Origin: an uncultured Nitrospiraceae bacterium
GTDB taxonomy: Bacteria; Hydrogenedentota; Hydrogenedentia; Hydrogenedentales; SLHB01
Direction: 5' to 3'
DNA: 10,063 nucleotides
Assembly (NCBI GenBank): GCA_964587655.1
Contig: CAZPMT010000171.1
Location: 1 to 10,063 of the forward strand
Every line of letters begins with the position of its first letter. The stretch's first letter is position 1. The notes beneath the pieces were generated by a model that saw only the letters and a list, made by a program, of their open reading frames with translations, was not told the origin of the DNA and ran no database searches. A program made the position numbers and the translations under genes. Below are positions 1-7,080 of this stretch, piece after piece.

Positions 1-242
1 AAATCTTGAACTACTTCCAACTACCAACGCAAGATCCAAATGCCGTTTCTAGGATCATACCGCTCACGCAATCCCTCTGGAACTGTTCGCATCGCAATCC
101 CCTTTCTGACAGCATTTAATACTGACAGAAAGTATGGCAAAAAAAGAGCTTCAATGCAAACTCAGCTTTTATGTCGTGCACCTATGGGAATCCTACTCTT
201 TGTGTTCTATGTGTTCTTTGTGGTTAAGTGAACGATCGGGGT
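1..242. other. AT-rich (~43% GC) non-coding segment downstream of the SGNH esterase gene. It contains a tandem 9-mer (tgtgttcta/tgtgttctt, 201..218). The 63-aa ORF at 40..231 has AT3-rich codon usage atypical for this genome and no SD, so it is probably not a gene.
   Basis: GC counted by hand in four 60-bp blocks (40%, 50%, 38%, 43%), against ~62% elsewhere. The region lies at the window edge. Confidence 0.4.
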
Positions 243-944
243 TTAGTTTGGGGCAGTCGGGAGGAGCGTAGGGCTGAGGAGGGGTTCCAGCATATCGCTC
301 CATAGACGGTAGCCTTCGGGGTTCATGTGCAGGCCGTCTTTTAGGAACAGATCAGGGCGCGGCTTGCCGTTCGCATCCAGTAAGGTGGGACCCAGTTCGA
401 CGTACTCGAGCTGCGGATTTCTTTCCGCAAGGTTCGACATGAGGCGGTTGACCTGCTGCATCTTCTCGTACTTGTCCCAACGCGCGATGCTCGGCTTGAT
501 TGAAAGCACGAGTACGCGGACGTCGCGGAACGCGCGATGTATGGAGTTCATTACGGCTTCGAAATCGGCGAAGACCCTTTCGGGACTCTTTCCACTTGCG
601 ATGTCGTTGTCTCCTGCGTACAAAACGATTGTCATTGGATGATAGGGGCGGATAACGCGATCCGCGTAATGGGCCACGTCTGAGAAATGGGAGCCGCCGA
701 AGCCTCTGTTGATCGTTTGCAGTTCGGGGAAGCACTTCTTTAGGTCCCACATGGCTATCGTTGAGCTTCCCACGAAGAGAATAGCTCCTTGTGGCGGCTG
801 CTCTTGGCGATCCTTCTCCTCGAATGCGCGTATGGCCTTTTCCCAGGGGTTCTCTTTCGATTGAACGGCTATCGCGTCGTCCGGAGGCGGTTTCACGCCG
901 GCCGCCGCTGAGAACATCGTCGCCAGCAATAATCCAAGCATCAT
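243..944 (-). CDS. Secreted SGNH/GDSL-family hydrolase (carbohydrate or lipid esterase/deacetylase) with an N-terminal signal peptide
   Basis: The ORF 243..1007 carries the SGNH blocks FVGSSTI (block I Ser), GGSHFSD (block II Gly), AGDNDI (block III GxND) and DGLHMN (block V DxxH). I prefer the ATG at 944 over the one at 1007. It is preceded by GAGGAA with 5-nt spacing, and it starts a classic signal peptide, MMLGLLLATMFSAAAG. The 1007 start would overlap the upstream gene by 11 nt. Confidence 0.8.
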   Translation of the reverse strand: MMLGLLLATMFSAAAGVKPPPDDAIAVQSKENPWEKAIRAFEEKDRQEQPPQGAILFVGSSTIAMWDLKKCFPELQTINRGFGGSHFSDVAHYADRVIRPYHPMTIVLYAGDNDIASGKSPERVFADFEAVMNSIHRAFRDVRVLVLSIKPSIARWDKYEKMQQVNRLMSNLAERNPQLEYVELGPTLLDANGKPRPDLFLKDGLHMNPEGYRLWSDMLEPLLSPTLLPTAPN

Positions 945-996
945 AATGTTCCTCAAGACATGTGCGAAAAGTCTGTCCGTACGAGCTTCTCCATTT

Positions 997-3561
997 TCAA
1001 GGGGCATGGAACGGCTGTAGCTCTACGAAGTTGAAGATGGTCTCCTGGCCCGGTTCGGCGCCGGGGCTTGCCGGCGTTTTCCAGTCGTCGATAGTGACGC
1101 GGGCCTCGCGGCCTTTGGGGCGGAACACTAGCCTATGAAAACTCATGTAGGCCGGGTGGTCTTTCGTGTATGGCTGGACTTCGTGCGAATAGCAGCTTGG
1201 ATACACGAACTGAAAGCCGTACTCGGGCAGGATCTCCGCATCCGAGACATCGATCAAAAGCGTGGAAGGCAGTTTCTGATCGAGTTGGTGGAGGTTCGCC
1301 GAGATCAGTTTGACGGAATACAGGCGGCCGGGTTCGAGCGCGCGGGCGGTCTGCGTGACGCGATTCGGACGCTGCGCGGAACGTTTCATCGAACAGAATC
1401 GATTCCCGAGCGATGTTTGCGGATAGCGTCCCTCGAGCCAACTGAATCCCTTCATGCCCTTGACGTCAATCGAACCAGGCTCGGCCGGCTCGGCGGTCCA
1501 CCCTTTCAGCCCGTCCTCGAAATCGGGGTTGTCGACGTGCGACAGGATGTACGGGTCTTTGTTGAACCGTTCGCGCTTGCCCTCGATGCAGTAATGACGG
1601 AAGAGTTGCTGCGCGTACCGGAGCGATTCTTCGTCCGCGTAATCAGCCATGTATTCCATGACGCCATACAGATCCGCGAAGACGGGTTCGGTGGCCAGCG
1701 CCTGAAACTGCATGTCGAGGAACACGTGGTAGTCGACGCGCGGGTCGAGGTTGACGCTCTCCGGCGGCGCGGAGAGATAGCCCAGGCACACGACCATGTT
1801 CTGTTCGACGTCCGGCATCAACGATTTCCATTTGTCGAATCGCTGCCCGATGGAATTGAGGATCGATGTTCGCGCTTCCTCCTCCGTGCGCCGCTCATGA
1901 AGATATTTCTCCCAGCAAAACCGATAGCCCAGATCCACGAGCATTCGGGCGAAGGTGAGGCTCGCCTGCTCCTCGAAAAGGTCGCCGCACCACGCGTAGA
2001 AAGTCTTGTTCGCGAAGCCGGGGTTGTCGTGAAGACGCTTCACTGCATCTCCCCACACCGGGTAATGCATCGTCGCGCCGCCGCAGAACTCGTCCACGAT
2101 GAGTCCGTTGTATCCCGGTTCCGTGACGACCGGATTGGCCGCCCACGCGTTGTAGACTTCGTCAACCGGCGGCGGCTCCGCACTTCCAAGGCCGGGCAGC
2201 GAGGCGTTCGAGATCCATTGCCCGCCTTCGCGGATCCATTGCTGGAATTCGCCGGGCGCGACGGCGCTCCGCGTCACGAGCGTATTCACGTCCGGCAGCA
2301 CGTAACGTTCCATGAATGTCCAGTCATACGGGCCGTAGCACGCGATGTGGGGCCGGGTCGGGTAGTAGCAATAGGCGATCTCCGGGATGCCTCGAACCTC
2401 CAGCCGCAGGCCGTCTGCATTTTCAAACGTCAACCGATGCTTGCCTTTCTTTACGAACTGCATGGCCTCATACGCGCCCGTGGCCGGGTGTTTGCGCCAC
2501 ACGATCGGCGTCTGACGATCATCGAGCGCGGCCTTCGGCGGACCAGTTTCTCGCGACTTGCCACGCGCCGCCACGCGGAAGAACACCCAACCGTCCCGAT
2601 GGTTGAAGAAGTTGACATCGGCCTTGTCTTTTCGGAGCGTGACGGGCTTTACGAGCTCAGTCACCAAGTTGTTAAGGCGCTTCACGTCCGGCCCTTTCTC
2701 CGCGGCGGTGGTTATGGCGGGCCACTGGACATCGCGCTTCGCGACGATGCCCCCCAGCGGCTGTCCGTCCGGCAACAGGAACGCTGCTTCGAGGTGCAGC
2801 GACGCTCCGGGCCTGACATCGCCGACGGGCATGTCGAGCGTGGCAATCGTGGTGTTCGGCGGCACGCGCTTCTTGCGTACGACCGCTTTCGCGCGATTCG
2901 GGAGGCTCAACGTGGCTTTCAGCGTCGTCTCAGGCCGAATACTGCCGAAGGGACTGGCGTCGAGATCGATGCCCAGTCGCTTTTTGTAGTACTGCGGATA
3001 GCAGGTGAGGACGTTTTCCAGGGGCAACCGCGACGTGTCGGTCGTGAGCAGGCACGGCGCGCGCCAGAGACCGCCACTCGCGCCCCAGTCGTACACCTGC
3101 ACGGCGATCAGGTTCTTCTCGCCGAACCGGACTTGCCTGCTCATCTCCGCGATGACCGGCGTGGTAGCCATGCCGTTCACTTCGCGATCGCCGTACTCGT
3201 TGATCTTCTCACCGTTGACGAACAGCGTCCCCGAATCGTTGACACCGCCCAAGGCGAGCCAGAGGCTCTTTCCTTTCCAGGCTTCTGGTATCTCGACCCA
3301 GCGCCGGTACCACGCGACGCCGTCCACCAGCGCAAATCCCTGATCCTCCCAGCGCTTTCCCGCCGTCACGGCCGCCCAGCCCGTCTCGTCACACGCCGCC
3401 GTGTGCCATCCGGCCGCGAGGCCCGCGTCACTCGAGTCCGGTTTGAACAGCCACGAATCAGTCAAGTCGATCACGTCCGCCGCGCGTGCTTCGGCTGCAT
3501 GAACTGACATGAACAAGACAACTGCAAGCCCGACAGCCACGATCCGCACGCAAGACCACAC
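997..3561 (-). CDS. Large secreted glycoside-hydrolase-like protein with an N-terminal GH2-N-type galactose-binding (sugar-binding jelly-roll) domain. The catalytic family was not recognised. The start is ambiguous; the maximal ORF runs to the ATG at 3774.
   Basis: After the signal peptide the sequence reads DSWLFKP...GWHTA...GVAWYRRWVEIPEAWKGKSLWLALGGVNDSGTLFVNGEKI. This matches the GH2 N-terminal sugar-binding domain signature (the AWYRR core). Body GC3 is ~84%. The hydrophobic stretch WSCVRIVAVGLAVVLFMSVHAAEA reads as a signal peptide if translation starts at the GTG at 3561 (or the TTG at 3564). That start is preceded by GAAGGTG. The ATG at 3774 has a strong SD (GGAAGGAG, 8-nt spacing). 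However, its first ~30 codons have GC3 ~45% and an R/P-rich composition, and the stretch contains the 37-bp perfect IR, so the 88-aa extension looks non-coding. The stop is the TGA at 997..999. Confidence 0.6.
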   Translation of the reverse strand: MWSCVRIVAVGLAVVLFMSVHAAEARAADVIDLTDSWLFKPDSSDAGLAAGWHTAACDETGWAAVTAGKRWEDQGFALVDGVAWYRRWVEIPEAWKGKSLWLALGGVNDSGTLFVNGEKINEYGDREVNGMATTPVIAEMSRQVRFGEKNLIAVQVYDWGASGGLWRAPCLLTTDTSRLPLENVLTCYPQYYKKRLGIDLDASPFGSIRPETTLKATLSLPNRAKAVVRKKRVPPNTTIATLDMPVGDVRPGASLHLEAAFLLPDGQPLGGIVAKRDVQWPAITTAAEKGPDVKRLNNLVTELVKPVTLRKDKADVNFFNHRDGWVFFRVAARGKSRETGPPKAALDDRQTPIVWRKHPATGAYEAMQFVKKGKHRLTFENADGLRLEVRGIPEIAYCYYPTRPHIACYGPYDWTFMERYVLPDVNTLVTRSAVAPGEFQQWIREGGQWISNASLPGLGSAEPPPVDEVYNAWAANPVVTEPGYNGLIVDEFCGGATMHYPVWGDAVKRLHDNPGFANKTFYAWCGDLFEEQASLTFARMLVDLGYRFCWEKYLHERRTEEEARTSILNSIGQRFDKWKSLMPDVEQNMVVCLGYLSAPPESVNLDPRVDYHVFLDMQFQALATEPVFADLYGVMEYMADYADEESLRYAQQLFRHYCIEGKRERFNKDPYILSHVDNPDFEDGLKGWTAEPAEPGSIDVKGMKGFSWLEGRYPQTSLGNRFCSMKRSAQRPNRVTQTARALEPGRLYSVKLISANLHQLDQKLPSTLLIDVSDAEILPEYGFQFVYPSCYSHEVQPYTKDHPAYMSFHRLVFRPKGREARVTIDDWKTPASPGAEPGQETIFNFVELQPFHAP

Positions 3562-3579
3562 CAAACACCTTCGGGCGTT

Positions 3580-3689
3580 CGGGCGGTCCTGTGGACGCGG
3601 CGTCCTCGCCGCGTTTTCGTCAAGAACCGCTCGACGGAAGGTGTTTCCGCGGAAACGCGGCGAGGACGCCGCGTCCACAGGACCGCCCG
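3580..3689. repeat. Perfect 37-bp inverted repeat. The arms are 3580..3616 and 3653..3689, with a 36-nt spacer. It lies between the flotillin stop and the glycosidase body. It could be a stable RNA hairpin, a MITE-like element or an operator.
   Basis: The first arm is cgggcggtcctgtggacgcggcgtcctcgccgcgttt. Its reverse complement, aaacgcggcgaggacgccgcgtccacaggaccgcccg, is found exactly at 3653..3689. The spacer contains gaaggtgttt (3638..3647), whose reverse complement aaacaccttc occurs at 3562..3571. A tandem 8-mer ttcgggcg x2 sits at 3570..3585. The flanks are gcgtt and gcgtg. Confidence 0.9.
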
Positions 3690-3823
3690 GCGTGGGTTCT
3701 CCACTGCACTCTCGAATCCTACGTGCGGATCTTGGAACGGTCGTGCGCAGGGCACGGGATACAATACGTTTCATACAAACACTCCTTCCCGTCCGCTAGA
3801 TCCGCGCGGACAACGTCGAACGC

Positions 3824-5401
3824 TCACGGTTTTGTTTCGGGCGGTTTTGTTTGGGCTGTCTTCGGCTGGGCCGAGGCATCGGGATTCAGCTTGACGAGGT
3901 ACTCGGGAATCTCAACGCCACCGATGTCTTTCATCACTTGCAGGACCGGCGGCATGCACTTCGCCAGGTTGTGCAGGAACCCGGCGGTGCTCGAGGCGCC
4001 GTCCTTGCCGCCGCCTTCCCAAACGACGATCTTGTCGAACTTGATGTTCGAGATCGCCTTGGCGGACGCATCCGCGATGGCGTCGAGATGCTCGATCATG
4101 AGCATGCGGTACGCGTCTTCCGAACCCCCACAAGCCTCGACGATTCGCCGCAGACCTTCGCCCTTCTTGGCGAGTATTTCGTATTGACCTCTCGCCTGAG
4201 CTTCGAGTTTCACGAAGATGGCCGATGCCTCGCCTTCGGCCTCGATGCGCCGCTTCTGCGCCTCGGCCTCCGCCTCGACGATGACGCGCGCCTTCTCGGC
4301 CTTGGCTGGCGCCTCGACAGCGGCGCGCCGTTCCGCCTCGACACGTTCGGCGTCGGCGATGGCGGCCTTGGCCATGGCTCGGTTCTGGACCTCGAGCACG
4401 GCGGCCTCGGCCGTGCGCTTACGCGTTTCGCCAAGCTGATATGCGTCGGCGCGTTTGACGAGCAACTCGGCGTTGGACGAAGCAACCTTGGCCTGCGCAA
4501 CATTCTCGCCCGCGATAGCGGTTGCGTTCGCGTTCGCCACCGACACGCGCATCTCGCGCTCGGCCTCCTTCACCTGGACATCCTTCTCGAAGGAGGCCCT
4601 CTGTTCGCCGACCTTCTGGTCGCGCTCGAGTTCGGCGACGCGCACAGCCTGTTCCTTCTGGGCATTGCGGATGCCGATCTCGCGGAGCTTATTCGCATCG
4701 GCGACCTGCACCGTCTTGTCGCGCTCGGCTTCGGCGACGCGGGTCTCGCCCATCTTTAGCTGCTCAGCAACGTCGCCGCGCGCCTGCTGGATGGCCTGCG
4801 AGGCGGCCTTCTTGCCGATGGCCTCGATGTAGCCCGACTCGTCGGTGATGTCGATGATGTTCACGTTGATGAGAACAAGGCCTATCTTTCGCAGTTCCGG
4901 TTCGAGCGAATGCTGGATGTTATGGAGGAACTTTTCGCGGTCGCGGTTGATCTCGTCGATGTGCATCGACGCGATGACTTGGCGCAGTTGTCCGTAGATA
5001 ATGTTCTGCGCCTGTCTGCTGATGTGTTGCGGATCGAGTCCGAGCAAGCGGATCGAGGCATTCTGCATCGTTTCAATCTCGGTGCCGATGGCCACCGTGA
5101 ACTCGCTTGGGACGCTTACCCGGATGTTCTCCGCAGATAGGGCGTCCTTGAGCGGCGTGTCGATCTGGATGGGTTCGAGCGACAAGAACGCGTAGTCCTG
5201 AAGCAACGGCCAGATGAAGGCCGCGCCGCCGTGAATGCACTTCGCGGGCGCGCTCTCTCCTCCGGCCTTGCCGTAGATGACCAGCACGCAGTTGCTCGGG
5301 CAGCGCTTGTAGCGCTTCGAGAGCAAGGTAACAAAGCTGACGAAAATGACCGCCGCGAAGACCGCGATGACGGCCAGCCAAAAACCGGCTGTGAAGTCCA
5401 T
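3824..5401 (-). CDS. Flotillin-family SPFH/band-7 protein (YqiK/FloT-like) with an N-terminal membrane anchor and a long EA-rich coiled-coil flotillin domain
   Basis: An N-terminal TM helix (MDFTAGFWLAVIAVFAAVIFVSFVTLL) is followed by the SPFH core (VLVIYGKAGGESAPAKCIHGGAAFIWPLLQDYAFLSLEPIQID) and ~200 aa of A/E/R/K-rich heptad-like sequence. I prefer the ATG at 5401, which has a perfect SD (AGGAGGA) 7 nt upstream, over the ORF start at 5500. The stop is the TGA at 3824..3826. Confidence 0.85.
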   Translation of the reverse strand: MDFTAGFWLAVIAVFAAVIFVSFVTLLSKRYKRCPSNCVLVIYGKAGGESAPAKCIHGGAAFIWPLLQDYAFLSLEPIQIDTPLKDALSAENIRVSVPSEFTVAIGTEIETMQNASIRLLGLDPQHISRQAQNIIYGQLRQVIASMHIDEINRDREKFLHNIQHSLEPELRKIGLVLINVNIIDITDESGYIEAIGKKAASQAIQQARGDVAEQLKMGETRVAEAERDKTVQVADANKLREIGIRNAQKEQAVRVAELERDQKVGEQRASFEKDVQVKEAEREMRVSVANANATAIAGENVAQAKVASSNAELLVKRADAYQLGETRKRTAEAAVLEVQNRAMAKAAIADAERVEAERRAAVEAPAKAEKARVIVEAEAEAQKRRIEAEGEASAIFVKLEAQARGQYEILAKKGEGLRRIVEACGGSEDAYRMLMIEHLDAIADASAKAISNIKFDKIVVWEGGGKDGASSTAGFLHNLAKCMPPVLQVMKDIGGVEIPEYLVKLNPDASAQPKTAQTKPPETKP

Positions 5402-5603
5402 GGAAATCCTCCTTACGGAACAGTCGTAAACGGGGAATTCAACTAGCCCCGGCTTCCCTCCCAGACTGCCCTGCCGCCACAGCGAGGGCAAACGACGCAA
5501 TCAAGCCACCGCAACCGCAAGAGATATGCGCGGCATGCATCTTCCGACGAAAACCGCGATTCAAACCCAGCGAGTGTCTTGGGGCAGTCCTCCATGCCCC
5601 GAT

Positions 5604-5632
5604 ATACTACCCCTTGGACTTATCAAGAGCAA
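5604..5632 (-). promoter_or_regulatory. Candidate sigma70-like promoter for the flotillin gene, read on the minus strand: -35 TTGCTC (5632..5627), a 17-nt spacer, and -10 TAGTAT (5609..5604)
   Basis: Hexamer matches were read by eye in the 270-bp intergenic region. A GGGGCA/TGCCCC hairpin (5581..5600) lies just downstream. Promoter consensus in this lineage is uncertain. Confidence 0.2.
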
Positions 5633-5672
5633 CTGAATACTCCCATTCCCATATTCCCCGACCCCTCCGCGC

Positions 5673-6950
5673 CTAGACGCGGATGAAGATCTCCTTTCTG
5701 TAGAGGACATAGACGAACGCAATGGCGAGGGCCAATCCCAACAAGGCGAGGAATGCTTCCAGGCCCGGGGTGACGCCGCTCTTGCCCATAAGAAGCTCCG
5801 CCCATGATTTGAGGTCGATGATCTTGCCGAGGAAATACGCCGCTAGAGAATTGGCTCCGATCCAGAGGAAAGGCTGCACCCACCAATTCCACTCTTTGAC
5901 GTCGATGACCCAGATGAAGATGCCCAGGAGCATCAGACTGTAGCCGCCGGCCACGAAGACGTATGAAGGCGTCCACAGGCGCTTGATGACCGGGATCTGG
6001 ACGCCCCATAGATAACCCAGGATTGTTATAGCGAGGCCGGCCAGAAACAGCCACTTGGCCTGCTCGCCTTCTGACATATCGGCGTCGCGGATGAAAACGG
6101 CGGCGAATACGCCCAGAAGGCACGTGGCTATGGCCGGGAAGGTGGTCATCAAGCTTTCCGGGTCTGTGCCATGGTACGGCGGGATCATCTGGTCAAGGGC
6201 GTGGATGATGTTCCGTTCCCGCTCGAACACCACCTGGGTCTCCCCCGGTGCGGGGATGAAGCTCAGCACCGCCCAGTAACCGATGAGCAGCACGACGAAC
6301 GAAACAATCAGGCCGCGCAGCTCGAACAGACAGATTAGCAGGCCCGTGAACAGGTAACATAGCGCGATCCGCTGCAGGACGCCGCAAATCAGGTTCTCCT
6401 CGATGATTCCGGCGAGCCCGTCGGAGTATCCGGTCTCGATGACGTCGTAGAGTACTCCCAGCACGAAGAGGAGCGCGGCCCGCCGGAGCACGCGCTTGAC
6501 GGCCGCGGCCTTGCCATCCCGTTCGATTATCTTGTTTAGCGACAGAACCGCCGATATGCCTACAACGAACACGAACAAGGGGAAGATCAGGTCGTAGAAA
6601 ACGAAGCCCTGCCAATCGACGTGCTCCAACTGTCTCGCGATGCCCTTGATCAGCGCAGGGGCCGACTCGCCCCCGCCAACCTTCTGCAACGCCCGGCACA
6701 GGGCGTCTGCCCCGATGATCCAGAACATGTCAAAGCCGCGCAGCACGTCCAAGGACACCAAACGCGTGCTCTCCGGCATGGGGAGAGGCTTTTCCCGAAT
6801 GGCCGGCGGGCGCTCTGCGAGCATGAGCGCGCCGCAGTGCCGGCATTTCCCGAATTGCCCCTCGTATCGGGCGGGGATGCGTAGCGGCTTCCCACATTCC
6901 GGGCAATTCTGCTCGATGAATGCCTCTTCGCTTTCGCCGCTGTTATTCAT
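5673..6950 (-). CDS. Polytopic membrane acyltransferase of the HGSNAT-like DUF1624/DUF5009 family, with an N-terminal cytoplasmic C4 zinc-ribbon
   Basis: The family signature RLVSLDVLRGFDMFWIIGADAL (R-x-x-SLD-x-x-RG) is followed by ~10 predicted TM helices. The N-terminus reads NCPECGK-x17-CRHCG, a CxxC...CxxC pair. The first codon of the listed ORF (6956) is GTG. I prefer the ATG at 6950 (MNNSGESEE...). The stop is the TAG at 5673..5675. Confidence 0.75.
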   Translation of the reverse strand: MNNSGESEEAFIEQNCPECGKPLRIPARYEGQFGKCRHCGALMLAERPPAIREKPLPMPESTRLVSLDVLRGFDMFWIIGADALCRALQKVGGGESAPALIKGIARQLEHVDWQGFVFYDLIFPLFVFVVGISAVLSLNKIIERDGKAAAVKRVLRRAALLFVLGVLYDVIETGYSDGLAGIIEENLICGVLQRIALCYLFTGLLICLFELRGLIVSFVVLLIGYWAVLSFIPAPGETQVVFERERNIIHALDQMIPPYHGTDPESLMTTFPAIATCLLGVFAAVFIRDADMSEGEQAKWLFLAGLAITILGYLWGVQIPVIKRLWTPSYVFVAGGYSLMLLGIFIWVIDVKEWNWWVQPFLWIGANSLAAYFLGKIIDLKSWAELLMGKSGVTPGLEAFLALLGLALAIAFVYVLYRKEIFIRV

Positions 6951-7080
6951 TTCCACACCGCCGCTTCTGTGGGGTCACTTGAGGCAACTGTATACCCCCC
7001 GCTTAATCGTATTCCTCACGCGCCGTGCAATCGCGCACTAACGACAAGGGCTCACCACGGCCCCGCGCACAAGGATGCCC

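Noticed and set aside
248-258. The 11-mer TTGGGGCAGTC is shared with 5579..5589
   Set aside because: About 10 chance 11-mer coincidences are expected within a 10-kb window, and nothing else is shared in the flanks.
1135-3507. 790-aa plus-strand ORF
   Set aside because: It is antisense to the glycosidase-like gene. The translation is Arg-rich and low-complexity, typical of a shadow ORF in high-GC DNA. The minus-strand frame has recognisable domains and ~84% GC3.
997-3774. Maximal 925-aa reading of the glycosidase-like ORF from the ATG at 3774
   Set aside because: It is kept only as an alternative. The 5-prime ~70 codons have non-coding-like codon usage, include the perfect IR and precede the signal peptide. 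The SD/ATG is nevertheless strong, so this is not fully excluded.
3791-3811. GTCCGC-N9-GCGGAC hairpin just after the flotillin stop
   Set aside because: On the transcribed strand it is not followed by a U-tract. It lies immediately upstream of the SD for the ATG at 3774, so it is not a canonical intrinsic terminator.
3591-4187. 198-aa plus-strand ORF beginning MDAASSPRFR...
   Set aside because: Its N-terminus is a mirror image created by the 37-bp perfect inverted repeat. The same peptides appear in the minus-strand ORF, and the remainder is antisense to flotillin.
3851-4759. 302-aa plus-strand ORF, with smaller ORFs at 3912..4133, 4210..4503, 4218..4439, 4455..4832 and 4522..4848
   Set aside because: All are shadow ORFs inside the flotillin coding region. 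Their R/A/S/P-rich products are characteristic of out-of-frame GC-rich translation.
5667-5682. CCGCG-cctaga-CGCGG stem enclosing the acyltransferase stop codon
   Set aside because: The stem is short (5 bp), it is not followed by a U-tract, and it is plausible by chance in 62% GC DNA.
5623-6699. Minus- and plus-strand ORFs at 5623..6123, 6193..6699, 6055..6279, 6621..6884, 6640..7041 and 6650..6895
   Set aside because: They are alternative frames within or across the acyltransferase gene. None has domain-like sequence, and the called frame carries the HGSNAT-like motif and TM helices.
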